Of a DNA stretch of 64,000 nt, positions 56,336 through 64,000 are shown in pieces; the first letter of the stretch is position 1; each line of letters begins with the position of its first letter. The DNA comes from Candidatus Omnitrophota bacterium (GTDB lineage Bacteria > Omnitrophota > Gorgyraeia > B26-G9): NCBI GenBank assembly GCA_043814605.1, contig JBDRJV010000037.1, positions 31,899-95,898 of the forward strand, written 5' to 3'. The position numbers and the translations under genes are program-made. The notes beneath the pieces were generated by a model that did not search any database, was not told where the DNA came from, and was given only the letters and a program-made list of their open reading frames with translations.

Positions 56336-58021
56336 GTGTATAAAAAGGCGCAAAAAATTCGCCTGAGTATAGTTTTTTTCTTTTTTCTTTTAATTCTCCT
56401 AATTATTCTAGTTCGTCTGCTGAATATTCAGGTTCTGAATAATCAGCATTATTTAGAGCTAGCTGATTCGCAACATCATCTAACCTTAACTCTTTATCCG
56501 CAAAGAGGATTAATCTATGACCGAAATCTGAAGGTTTTGGCGTTGAGTTTAAAAGTTTTTTCTGTGTATGCCGAGCCAAGATTAATTGATAATAAATTAG
56601 AAGTAGCGCAAAAATTGGCGGATCTATTAGATTTAGATTATGATAAAACTTTAACCCAGCTTCAAAAGGATAAATCATTTGTTTGGATAAAAAGAAGGAT
56701 TGAGCAAAATCAGGCACAAGCAGTTAATGATTTAAAATTGTATGGAGTGGGATTATTAAAGGAAAATAAACGCTATTATCCGAATAATGAATTAGCAGCG
56801 CATGTATTAGGATTTACGGGAATTGATGATTCCGGGCTGGAAGGACTGGAACTAGAGTATGATTCATATTTAAAAGGAGAATCAGGTTATCGGTCGTTAC
56901 TGCGTGATGCTAAGCAAAGGATGTTGCCTGCTTTTGAGTATGAGTATGTTCCGGCAATGGATGGATATAATTTAGTCTTAACAATTGATCAGATAATTCA
57001 ACATATTGTTGAGGAAGAGTTAAATAAAGCATTTGATAAAAATCAGGCAAAGGGAGCTTCCGTACTTGTTATGAATCCTGAAAACGGAGAGATTTTTGCT
57101 TTAGCTAATCGCCCGGGGTATGATTTAAATTTATTTGAAACTGCAACTTCAGACCAAAGACGCAATCGGGCAGTGTGTGATTATTTTGAACCTGGTTCTA
57201 CCTTTAAAATTATTACAGCCACCGCAGCTTTGTCCGAAAAAGCTGTTGAACTTGATGAGGTATTTTTTTGCGAAAATGGAACTTATCAAATTTCCCGGCA
57301 TACATTGCATGATCATCGGCCACACGGGGATTTAACATTTGTTGAGGTTATTGAAAAATCAAGTAATATTGGTACAGTAAAAGTCGCGCAAAAACTGGGA
57401 GCAGAAGTATTATATAAATATATTAAAAATTTTGAATTTGCGGAAAAAACTAGTATTGATTTATCCGGGGAAACTGCCGGGTTTTTAAGGCCGGTAGCTG
57501 GTTGGTCAAAATTATCAATTGCAGCTATTCCCATTGGACATGAAATTGGAGTTTCAGTTTTACAAATGGCCAAAGCTATGGCGGTAATTGCCAATGGCGG
57601 ATATTTAGTTAAACCGCATCTAGTAAATAAAATAATTGATAATAACCAGCAAATCATAAAGGAATTTGATTATTCACAAAAAAAATCCATTATTTCACCG
57701 GATATTGCTAAAAAAATGCAGGAAATTTTAAAAGGAGTTGTTGAACGCGGTACGGCTAAAAAAGCAAAAATTGATGGATATACAGCTGCAGGAAAAACAG
57801 GTACAGCCCAAAAATTAAATCCTCAAGGCGGGTACTCACATGATCTGTTTATCGCATCTTTTATCGGATTTGCTCCGGTCAAAAATCCAAAGGTTGTAAT
57901 TGCGGTTGTTTTTGATGAACCCAAGCCGGTTTATTATGGCGGGGTTGTGTGTGCTCCAATTTTTAAAAATATAGCCGAAAAAGTGTTAAGATATATGAAT
58001 ACAGAAAAAGAAAGTAAATAA
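56336..58021 (+). CDS. ftsI: Penicillin-binding protein (class B transpeptidase, FtsI/PBP3-like)
   Basis: N-terminal TM anchor and PBP dimerisation region. Transpeptidase motifs STFK (SxxK), SSN and KTGTA are present. Confidence 0.85.
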   Translation: MYKKAQKIRLSIVFFFFLLILLIILVRLLNIQVLNNQHYLELADSQHHLTLTLYPQRGLIYDRNLKVLALSLKVFSVYAEPRLIDNKLEVAQKLADLLDLDYDKTLTQLQKDKSFVWIKRRIEQNQAQAVNDLKLYGVGLLKENKRYYPNNELAAHVLGFTGIDDSGLEGLELEYDSYLKGESGYRSLLRDAKQRMLPAFEYEYVPAMDGYNLVLTIDQIIQHIVEEELNKAFDKNQAKGASVLVMNPENGEIFALANRPGYDLNLFETATSDQRRNRAVCDYFEPGSTFKIITATAALSEKAVELDEVFFCENGTYQISRHTLHDHRPHGDLTFVEVIEKSSNIGTVKVAQKLGAEVLYKYIKNFEFAEKTSIDLSGETAGFLRPVAGWSKLSIAAIPIGHEIGVSVLQMAKAMAVIANGGYLVKPHLVNKIIDNNQQIIKEFDYSQKKSIISPDIAKKMQEILKGVVERGTAKKAKIDGYTAAGKTGTAQKLNPQGGYSHDLFIASFIGFAPVKNPKVVIAVVFDEPKPVYYGGVVCAPIFKNIAEKVLRYMNTEKESK

Positions 58022-59527
58022 ATGTTAGCTTCAGAAATAATAAAACTTCTAAAAATTAAGCCCCAGGCTAAAAATTTTGTAGATTTTGAAGTCAAAGGCA
58101 TTAGTATTGATTCTCGTAATGTCGCAAATGATTTTTGTTTTATCGCTCAAGACGGAACTAAAACAAACGGATATGAATTTATTCAAGCGGCGATAGAAAA
58201 AGGGGCACGTTTGATTATTTATCCTGAATTTTATCCTGAACCTAAAATTAATTCCTTAGAATTAGCAAAGAAGACAATTTTCCTAAAAACTGATAATCTG
58301 CGCAAAGTTACCGGGCTAATTGCGGCGGAATTTTTCCAGAGGCCTTCCCGTAATTTACAAATGATTGGGGTAACAGGCACTAACGGAAAAACAACAGTTA
58401 CTTTTTTTATTGAACATTTACTCAAAAAAAATCAAATTAAAACGGGCATGATTTCTACTGTCTATTACAAAATTGATGATCATATTATTGATGCGACCCA
58501 TACTACCCCGGATGCGATAAAACTACAGCAGTTATTTTTTAATATGATTAATCATAATATTTCCCATTGTGTTATGGAAGTTTCCTCCCATGCTTTAGAC
58601 CAGAAAAGGGTTTCAGAAATTGATTTCCAATGTGCAGTGTTTACGAATTTGAGTCAAGATCATTTAGATTACCATGTGGATATGGAAAATTATTTTAAGA
58701 CAAAAGCACAATTGTTTAAACGTCTTAGTAAAAATAGTTTTGCCGTAATAAATACGGATGATCCTTGCGGTATCCGGCTTAAAAAAATTACTCAAGCAAA
58801 AATTATTGGTTATGCGGTTATGGATAAAAATGCAACTGTCCGGGCACAAAATATAGTTTTTGATTTAAATTCAACAACTTTTGATATAATCACACCCGCA
58901 GGTATACTGCCGGTTAAGACTAAATTTATCGGCCGCTATAATATTTATAATATTTTAGCTTGTATTTGTGTAGGGCTTGCCCAAAATATTGAATTAAATT
59001 CTATTGTTAAAGCAATCCAAACCATGGATTCTGTTCCGGGAAGATTAGAAAGATTATCAAATAATAACATTTTTGAGATTTTTGTTGATTATGCTCATAC
59101 GGATGATGCATTAACTAAAGTTTTGACAACTTTAAAAGAACTAAAACCGCATAAGATTATTACAGTTTTTGGCTGCGGGGGAAATCGAGATACAAAAAAA
59201 AGGCCGCTTATGGGTAAAGCCGCAAGTTTGTTGTCAGATTTTTTGATTTTAACTAATGATAATCCGCGTAATGAAAACCCGGAAAAAATCATTGCAGATA
59301 TTCAGTCAGGGTTTGAGGTTAGTTTTAAAAATTTTGAAGTAATTTTAGACAGAAAAAAAGCAATCGAAAAAGCAATCACAAGAGCGCAACAGGATGACTT
59401 TATTTTAGTTGCCGGTAAAGGACATGAAAATTACCAAATTTTTGGTGATAAGAAAATTGATTTTGATGATCGAAAAATAATAAAGGATCTCCTGCTGACT
59501 AGCCCCAAGCTTACCTTAGGAGAATGA
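58022..59527 (+). CDS. murE: UDP-N-acetylmuramoyl-L-alanyl-D-glutamate--2,6-diaminopimelate ligase MurE
   Basis: GVTGTNGKTT P-loop. DNPRNENP (the DNPR motif) indicates meso-DAP specificity. Position in the dcw cluster fits. Confidence 0.85.
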   Translation: MLASEIIKLLKIKPQAKNFVDFEVKGISIDSRNVANDFCFIAQDGTKTNGYEFIQAAIEKGARLIIYPEFYPEPKINSLELAKKTIFLKTDNLRKVTGLIAAEFFQRPSRNLQMIGVTGTNGKTTVTFFIEHLLKKNQIKTGMISTVYYKIDDHIIDATHTTPDAIKLQQLFFNMINHNISHCVMEVSSHALDQKRVSEIDFQCAVFTNLSQDHLDYHVDMENYFKTKAQLFKRLSKNSFAVINTDDPCGIRLKKITQAKIIGYAVMDKNATVRAQNIVFDLNSTTFDIITPAGILPVKTKFIGRYNIYNILACICVGLAQNIELNSIVKAIQTMDSVPGRLERLSNNNIFEIFVDYAHTDDALTKVLTTLKELKPHKIITVFGCGGNRDTKKRPLMGKAASLLSDFLILTNDNPRNENPEKIIADIQSGFEVSFKNFEVILDRKKAIEKAITRAQQDDFILVAGKGHENYQIFGDKKIDFDDRKIIKDLLLTSPKLTLGE

Positions 59528-60939
59528 TGGTTACACCGGTTGTAAGCCGGGAACGGAAAGATATGTTTAGACTTAATGAAATAGTTAAATGGACAAACGC
59601 ACAATCAGTTAATATGAGTTCAGATAGGCCTATCTGCGGAATTTCGATTGATTCGCGTACAATAAAGAAGGCAGAATTATTTGTGGCGATTTGTGGTGAT
59701 AAATTTAATGGGCATGATTATTTATTTGAGGCAGAAGAAAAAAGAGCAAGTGCTGTTTTAATCAATAAAAAATGGGCAGATTTCCACCCGGATCAGATTA
59801 ACGGGCTTTCCTGTCCGGTAATTTTAGTGGAAAATACAAATAACGCATTGATGGATATGGCAAAAGGACACCGGAAAAAATTTAATATTCCAGTAATTGC
59901 TGTAACTGGATCAAACGGGAAAACCACAACCAAAGAAATGCTCGCAGAAGTTCTCAGTGCCCGATTTAAGGTATTAAAGAGCAAGGCTTCTTTTAATAAT
60001 AATATTGGTGTTCCGCTGAGTATCCTCGAACTTAATGCTGGACATGATGCTGCTGTATTAGAATTAGGCATGAATCATCCCGGTGAAATTCGCATTTTGA
60101 GTTCAATTGTTAGGCCAAATATTGCAATTATCACTAATGTTGCGGCAGCTCATCTCGGATTTTTCAACAGCGTTGATGAGATTATCAGTGCTAAATGTGA
60201 ATTAATTGAAAAAGCAAATGAACTTGATTTAGTGATTTCTAATGCTGATTGCCTAGATTTGTTTCATAAAATTAAAGAACATATTTTATCTGCTGTAGGG
60301 ATAGGAATTAAAAATAAGTGCTCTTACCAGGCATCCAATGTTATCAGCCGTCAAGAAGGGGTAGCTTTTACCTTGAACTTAAAGGACACATTTAGGTTGA
60401 ATTTATTGGGTGAGCATAATGTTTACAATGCGTTGTGCGCGATTGCGGTTGCGGATCATTTTAAAATTGATATGAGTATAGTACGGGAAAGACTAAAAGA
60501 AATAAAACCGGCTAAAATGAGAATGGAAAGAATTAATTTTCAAGGTATAGAAATAATTGCCGATTGCTATAATGCTAACCCCCAGTCTGTAACCGCAGCG
60601 ATTGAAACGCTTGCGGCGATGAGTTATAAGAAAAGACGGATATTTATTTTAGGCGATATGCTTGAATTAGGAACACATAGTGATAAATTCCATGCACAAA
60701 TCGGAGAACTTTTTACGGATATAAGAATAGATAAGCTGGTTACAATCGGTGAAAAAGCAGCGTTAAGCGCAGAGGTTGCGCTTAAATTAGGAAATAAAAA
60801 AAATAATGTGTTTATGTATGATTCCGTAGAATTAGCTCAGACAGAAATATTTCAAATGCTAAAAGAGGGGGATGTGGTTTTAATCAAAGGATCACGCCTA
60901 ATGCAATTAGAAAAACTTATTCCTGGTTATAAATTATAG
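59524..60939 (+). CDS. murF: UDP-N-acetylmuramoyl-tripeptide--D-alanyl-D-alanine ligase MurF
   Basis: AVTGSNGKTTTKEM P-loop. 4-nt overlap with murE. Position in the dcw cluster fits. Confidence 0.85.
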   Translation: MMVTPVVSRERKDMFRLNEIVKWTNAQSVNMSSDRPICGISIDSRTIKKAELFVAICGDKFNGHDYLFEAEEKRASAVLINKKWADFHPDQINGLSCPVILVENTNNALMDMAKGHRKKFNIPVIAVTGSNGKTTTKEMLAEVLSARFKVLKSKASFNNNIGVPLSILELNAGHDAAVLELGMNHPGEIRILSSIVRPNIAIITNVAAAHLGFFNSVDEIISAKCELIEKANELDLVISNADCLDLFHKIKEHILSAVGIGIKNKCSYQASNVISRQEGVAFTLNLKDTFRLNLLGEHNVYNALCAIAVADHFKIDMSIVRERLKEIKPAKMRMERINFQGIEIIADCYNANPQSVTAAIETLAAMSYKKRRIFILGDMLELGTHSDKFHAQIGELFTDIRIDKLVTIGEKAALSAEVALKLGNKKNNVFMYDSVELAQTEIFQMLKEGDVVLIKGSRLMQLEKLIPGYKL

Positions 60940-60953
60940 ATAGGGATAGGAAA

Positions 60954-61658
60954 ATGTTTCTTATGCGATATTTCATAAAAAAAATTCTGACATTAATTTT
61001 AGTTTTTTTATTTTTAGGAGTGTTTGATAAAAGTTTTGCTGAAGATTTATCAGAATATTTTCCTCTAGCTATAGGCAATGAATGGCATTATGAGCAAAAT
61101 TCAACTGATGATTTGTTTATTGTAAAAGCAGAAAAAGCTGCTTCTAATCATTTCTTTAATAATCAAGATATAATAAAGCTTGTTAATAGCGAATTAAGCT
61201 CAATTTATTTACAAAAAACGATAAATGGGATTATATTCTTAGGAAACTCTTCTGTAAAAAGTGATTTTAATTTTTATAATAAGAAACCGTTAATGTTTCT
61301 ACCTTTTAACAAAAAATATTATAAATATGGAATTATGGAAGAAGAAACAGAAATTTATATGCCGGAAAATAATTCTGACAATGTAGCTGAAATTAAGTTG
61401 AATGTCAAAGTGTGTGGAAAGGAAAACGTGTTCGTAAAAGCAGGAGATTTTTTTAATTGCTATAAATTAATTTCTACTATTACCATCTATAACAAAATTA
61501 ATAATTTTATTTATATTTTTACTGAATATGGCTGGTATGGAAAAGGGGTGGGAAAGGTAAAATATGTTTTAAAATTATCTTTTTTAAACCAGGGGCAAAT
61601 TGATACTCAAACCCAACTTTTTGAACTTAAGGAATGTTTTATTACCAGTAATCATTAA
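60954..61658 (+). CDS. Hypothetical secreted protein inserted in dcw cluster
   Basis: N-terminal signal-peptide-like segment (ILTLILVFLFLGVFDKSFA). No recognisable domain. Confidence 0.45.
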   Translation: MFLMRYFIKKILTLILVFLFLGVFDKSFAEDLSEYFPLAIGNEWHYEQNSTDDLFIVKAEKAASNHFFNNQDIIKLVNSELSSIYLQKTINGIIFLGNSSVKSDFNFYNKKPLMFLPFNKKYYKYGIMEEETEIYMPENNSDNVAEIKLNVKVCGKENVFVKAGDFFNCYKLISTITIYNKINNFIYIFTEYGWYGKGVGKVKYVLKLSFLNQGQIDTQTQLFELKECFITSNH

Positions 61659-61681
61659 AATATTAGCAAAGGTTACTTGTT

Positions 61682-63130
61682 ATGAATAAAAGAAAAAAAA
61701 TTTTAATTGTACTAGGTCTGCTAGGAAGCGTTATTTGTTTTATTTGCTCAGATTTGTTTTTTATGAATTTATCTTTTTTTCTGATTGATAATTTTCAGAA
61801 AAAATTAGATAGTTATGTGAATGCAGTGAATTTTGAATTAGCAAGTAATAAATATCAATTTTTAGGAGGGAACAGAGAAAAATACTTATTAAAAGACCAG
61901 AATAATAACTTATGGCTTTTTAAGGTCACAGATGATTCTACAGTTGATAGAGTAGTTTTTTTTAATAAAATTATTATTTTTTTGGGAGTGGAAACTCCGC
62001 TGCTTTGCCGATATGAAATGTATATAAATAATATTAAGAAAAGAGGGTATCTTCAGAGTTTTTTAAAAAAATATAAAGATCCTGTAAATAAGCTTATGGA
62101 AAAAGATGATTTTAGTAAAAGAATCTATCCGAAAATTGTAAGAAATGAGCTTCTCGCCTGGATTTTTTTTATGAAAATTTCTCAGAATATAATTGATGAT
62201 AAAACTCAAATTTATTTTATTGATTTAGATAATGCATTTGCTTTAAAAAATAAAGTTAAAAACAATGAGCCTAGTGATAAAGATTTAAAATACCTAGAAT
62301 CTTTCTTCAGCATATTAGAAGGAGACAATAAAAAGTTTATTTATTCATTCGTAGATTGTTTATCCATGTTGAATAAAGACTATTTATTAAATCAGATGAA
62401 AAAAGAAGTAAAAACAGCTAAGGGGCATTTTTTTGTGGACATCAAACATTTTATAAATCGAAAAAATAAGCTAGGTACTTTTTGTAAGACATTGGAAGAT
62501 AATGATATTTTTTTTTATAACAGATTTTTTTATAAGATGAATGTTTTGAAATGTTTATTTAGAAAATTTGGAAGTCATTCGATGCGAATTGGTGATAAAA
62601 AAAACAAGGGGAATCATTCGATTGCTGTAATTGGATCTTCTGATTGTTGGAATTATTTTAATAAAAATTGTAATTATAAAATAATTAATGGGGTATCGCA
62701 AAAAGAACTTTCTATTATTCGCAAACAGATAATTAGCCAACTTTTAGTGATAAGAATGAGTAAGGCTTTAGTTGAGGAAAAACTGGCGGCAACAATTTAT
62801 ATCATGCAGTTTAATGCTTTTTTAAATTATTTTAAAAACTCAAATATTCCTGATAATGATGGCGTTTACCCGCCATTTTTTTTTAGTGAATCGATTATTC
62901 AAGTAGTTCAAAGTGTAGATTCATTTGTAAATTTGAAAAATATTGAAGAGCATTATTTCTTTAAAAAATTTAAATATACTAATTATTTAAGCTATGAGCC
63001 AGGAGAAAAGGCTTATATTTATGGATTAATTAATAGGCTGCAGGGAAATAACCGCGAAGCTTTAAATTTTTTTAACCAGGCTTTAAATAATCAATATGCT
63101 ACGGAAGAAATACAGTATATAATAAATTAA
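61682..63130 (+). CDS. Hypothetical membrane-anchored protein inserted in dcw cluster
   Basis: N-terminal TM (ILIVLGLLGSVICFICS). 482 aa. The C-terminal ~100 aa are helical and repeat-like. No confident domain. Confidence 0.45.
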   Translation: MNKRKKILIVLGLLGSVICFICSDLFFMNLSFFLIDNFQKKLDSYVNAVNFELASNKYQFLGGNREKYLLKDQNNNLWLFKVTDDSTVDRVVFFNKIIIFLGVETPLLCRYEMYINNIKKRGYLQSFLKKYKDPVNKLMEKDDFSKRIYPKIVRNELLAWIFFMKISQNIIDDKTQIYFIDLDNAFALKNKVKNNEPSDKDLKYLESFFSILEGDNKKFIYSFVDCLSMLNKDYLLNQMKKEVKTAKGHFFVDIKHFINRKNKLGTFCKTLEDNDIFFYNRFFYKMNVLKCLFRKFGSHSMRIGDKKNKGNHSIAVIGSSDCWNYFNKNCNYKIINGVSQKELSIIRKQIISQLLVIRMSKALVEEKLAATIYIMQFNAFLNYFKNSNIPDNDGVYPPFFFSESIIQVVQSVDSFVNLKNIEEHYFFKKFKYTNYLSYEPGEKAYIYGLINRLQGNNREALNFFNQALNNQYATEEIQYIIN

Positions 63131-63177
63131 GAAATTAAATTTAATTGTGAATGAAGTTATAAGTTAGGAGATACATC

Positions 63178-64000
63178 ATGTTTTATCATTGGCTTTATCC
63201 TTTGCGCGAATATTTTTTCGGGTTCAATGTTTTTAAATATATTACTTTTCGTGCTGCGGGAAGTGCTGTAACTGCGTTTATTCTTAGTATAATGATGGGA
63301 AAATTTGTTATTCAACTGCTTAAAAAATTTAATATCGGTGAATCAGTACGAAAGGATAAATACTGCGCTACGCTTTATGAGCATCATAAAGAAAAGGAAG
63401 GTACCCCCACAATGGGCGGGGTTCTGATTTTGCTGGTTGTTCTGATTGCAGTATTATTATGGGCTAATCTTTCTAATAAGTATATTTGGATTGTTTTATT
63501 TGCAACGTTGTGGCTGGGAGCAGTGGGGTTTATTGATGATTATATTAAATTAACTCAGAAAAATTCCCGCGGTCTTACCGCAACCGTAAAATTAACCGGC
63601 CAATTAATACTAGGTATTGTTGTGGGATTTATTATTTATTATGATCCTTATTTGGGGGATCAATTGAATATTCCTTTTTTTAAAAACTTTGTTGTGCATC
63701 TGGGATTTATCTATATATTTTTTTCTGCACTTGTAATTATCGGAACTTCTAATGCCGTAAATCTTACAGATGGCTTGGATGGTTTAGCGATTGGGTGTGT
63801 TTTAATTGTGGCGATAACCTACAGCGGGATGAGTTATTTGACTGGCCATTTTAAATTTTCTCAATATTTACAAATGAATTATATCCCCGGAGTGGGAGAA
63901 TTAACAATTTTCTGTACCGCTGTTTTTGGCGCGGGATTAGGGTTTCTCTGGTACAATTGCCATCCGGCGGATGTGTTTATGGGAGATACAGGGGCTTTAG
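63178..64000 (+). CDS. mraY: Phospho-N-acetylmuramoyl-pentapeptide-transferase MraY (3'-truncated by window end)
   Basis: ATG 63178 with AGGAG 8 nt upstream. MFYHWLYPLREYFFGFNVFKYITFRAAGSAVTAFILS is the classic MraY N-terminus, and NAVNLTDGLDGLA is the conserved MraY motif. The open frame continues to position 64000. Confidence 0.85.
   Translation, partial: MFYHWLYPLREYFFGFNVFKYITFRAAGSAVTAFILSIMMGKFVIQLLKKFNIGESVRKDKYCATLYEHHKEKEGTPTMGGVLILLVVLIAVLLWANLSNKYIWIVLFATLWLGAVGFIDDYIKLTQKNSRGLTATVKLTGQLILGIVVGFIIYYDPYLGDQLNIPFFKNFVVHLGFIYIFFSALVIIGTSNAVNLTDGLDGLAIGCVLIVAITYSGMSYLTGHFKFSQYLQMNYIPGVGELTIFCTAVFGAGLGFLWYNCHPADVFMGDTGAL

Noticed and set aside
61682-63130. Possible kinase-like motif (YFIDLDNAF) suggesting a Kdo/lipid-kinase-like fold
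   Set aside because: It is a single short motif without the accompanying glycine loop or HxDxxxxN catalytic loop, which is too weak to call.
1-64000. Mobile elements, tRNA/rRNA genes, integrases/transposases
   Set aside because: No transposase or integrase-like ORFs, terminal inverted repeats or cloverleaf-like sequences were recognised. The locus looks chromosomal and contiguous with the core dcw cluster.

Overview
This is a very AT-rich bacterial segment of roughly 27-30% GC. Every supportable gene lies on the + strand and the genes are tightly packed, often with ATGA or TAATG overlaps. The organism cannot be assigned from sequence alone; it looks like an uncultivated, low-GC lineage.

The last ~10 kb (54.3-64 kb) is the conserved division/cell-wall (dcw) cluster. 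It reads mraZ-rsmH-ftsL-ftsI-murE-murF, then two inserted hypothetical genes, then the 5' part of mraY. A recognisable promoter and a triple GTGG MraZ operator sit upstream of mraZ.

The first ~54 kb is one huge co-directional cell-envelope glycan locus with an extraordinary radical SAM (rSAM) content. I count 20 radical-SAM genes in ~46 kb:
- 6 tandem or near-tandem paralogs of a Cys3His zinc-ribbon-fused rSAM family;
- 9 rSAMs with an N-terminal B12-binding domain, 4 of them a tight paralog subfamily;
- 4 SPASM-type rSAMs;
- 1 AmmeMemoRadiSam/PflA-type rSAM that carries a twin-arginine-like leader.

These are interleaved with other glycan genes:
- 3 DegT-family sugar aminotransferases;
- an ArnC/DPM1-like polyprenyl-phosphate glycosyltransferase;
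- a CE4 deacetylase/deformylase-like enzyme;
- GT2 and GT4 glycosyltransferases and a WbqC-like protein;
- 7 polytopic GT-C/ArnT-like membrane glycosyltransferases;
- an O-antigen-ligase-like protein with a TPR tail;
- SAM methyltransferases and a Tat-signal DUF362 protein.

No precursor-peptide ORFs, transposases, CRISPR arrays, tRNAs or rRNAs were recognised. I read the locus as a candidate undescribed system for radical-SAM tailoring of a lipid-linked periplasmic glycan or glycolipid. Family assignments rest on motifs read by eye (CxxxCxxC, SPASM Cys clusters, DegT, NodB, Wzy_C, SxxK/KTG, MurE DNPR and similar) and need HMM confirmation.
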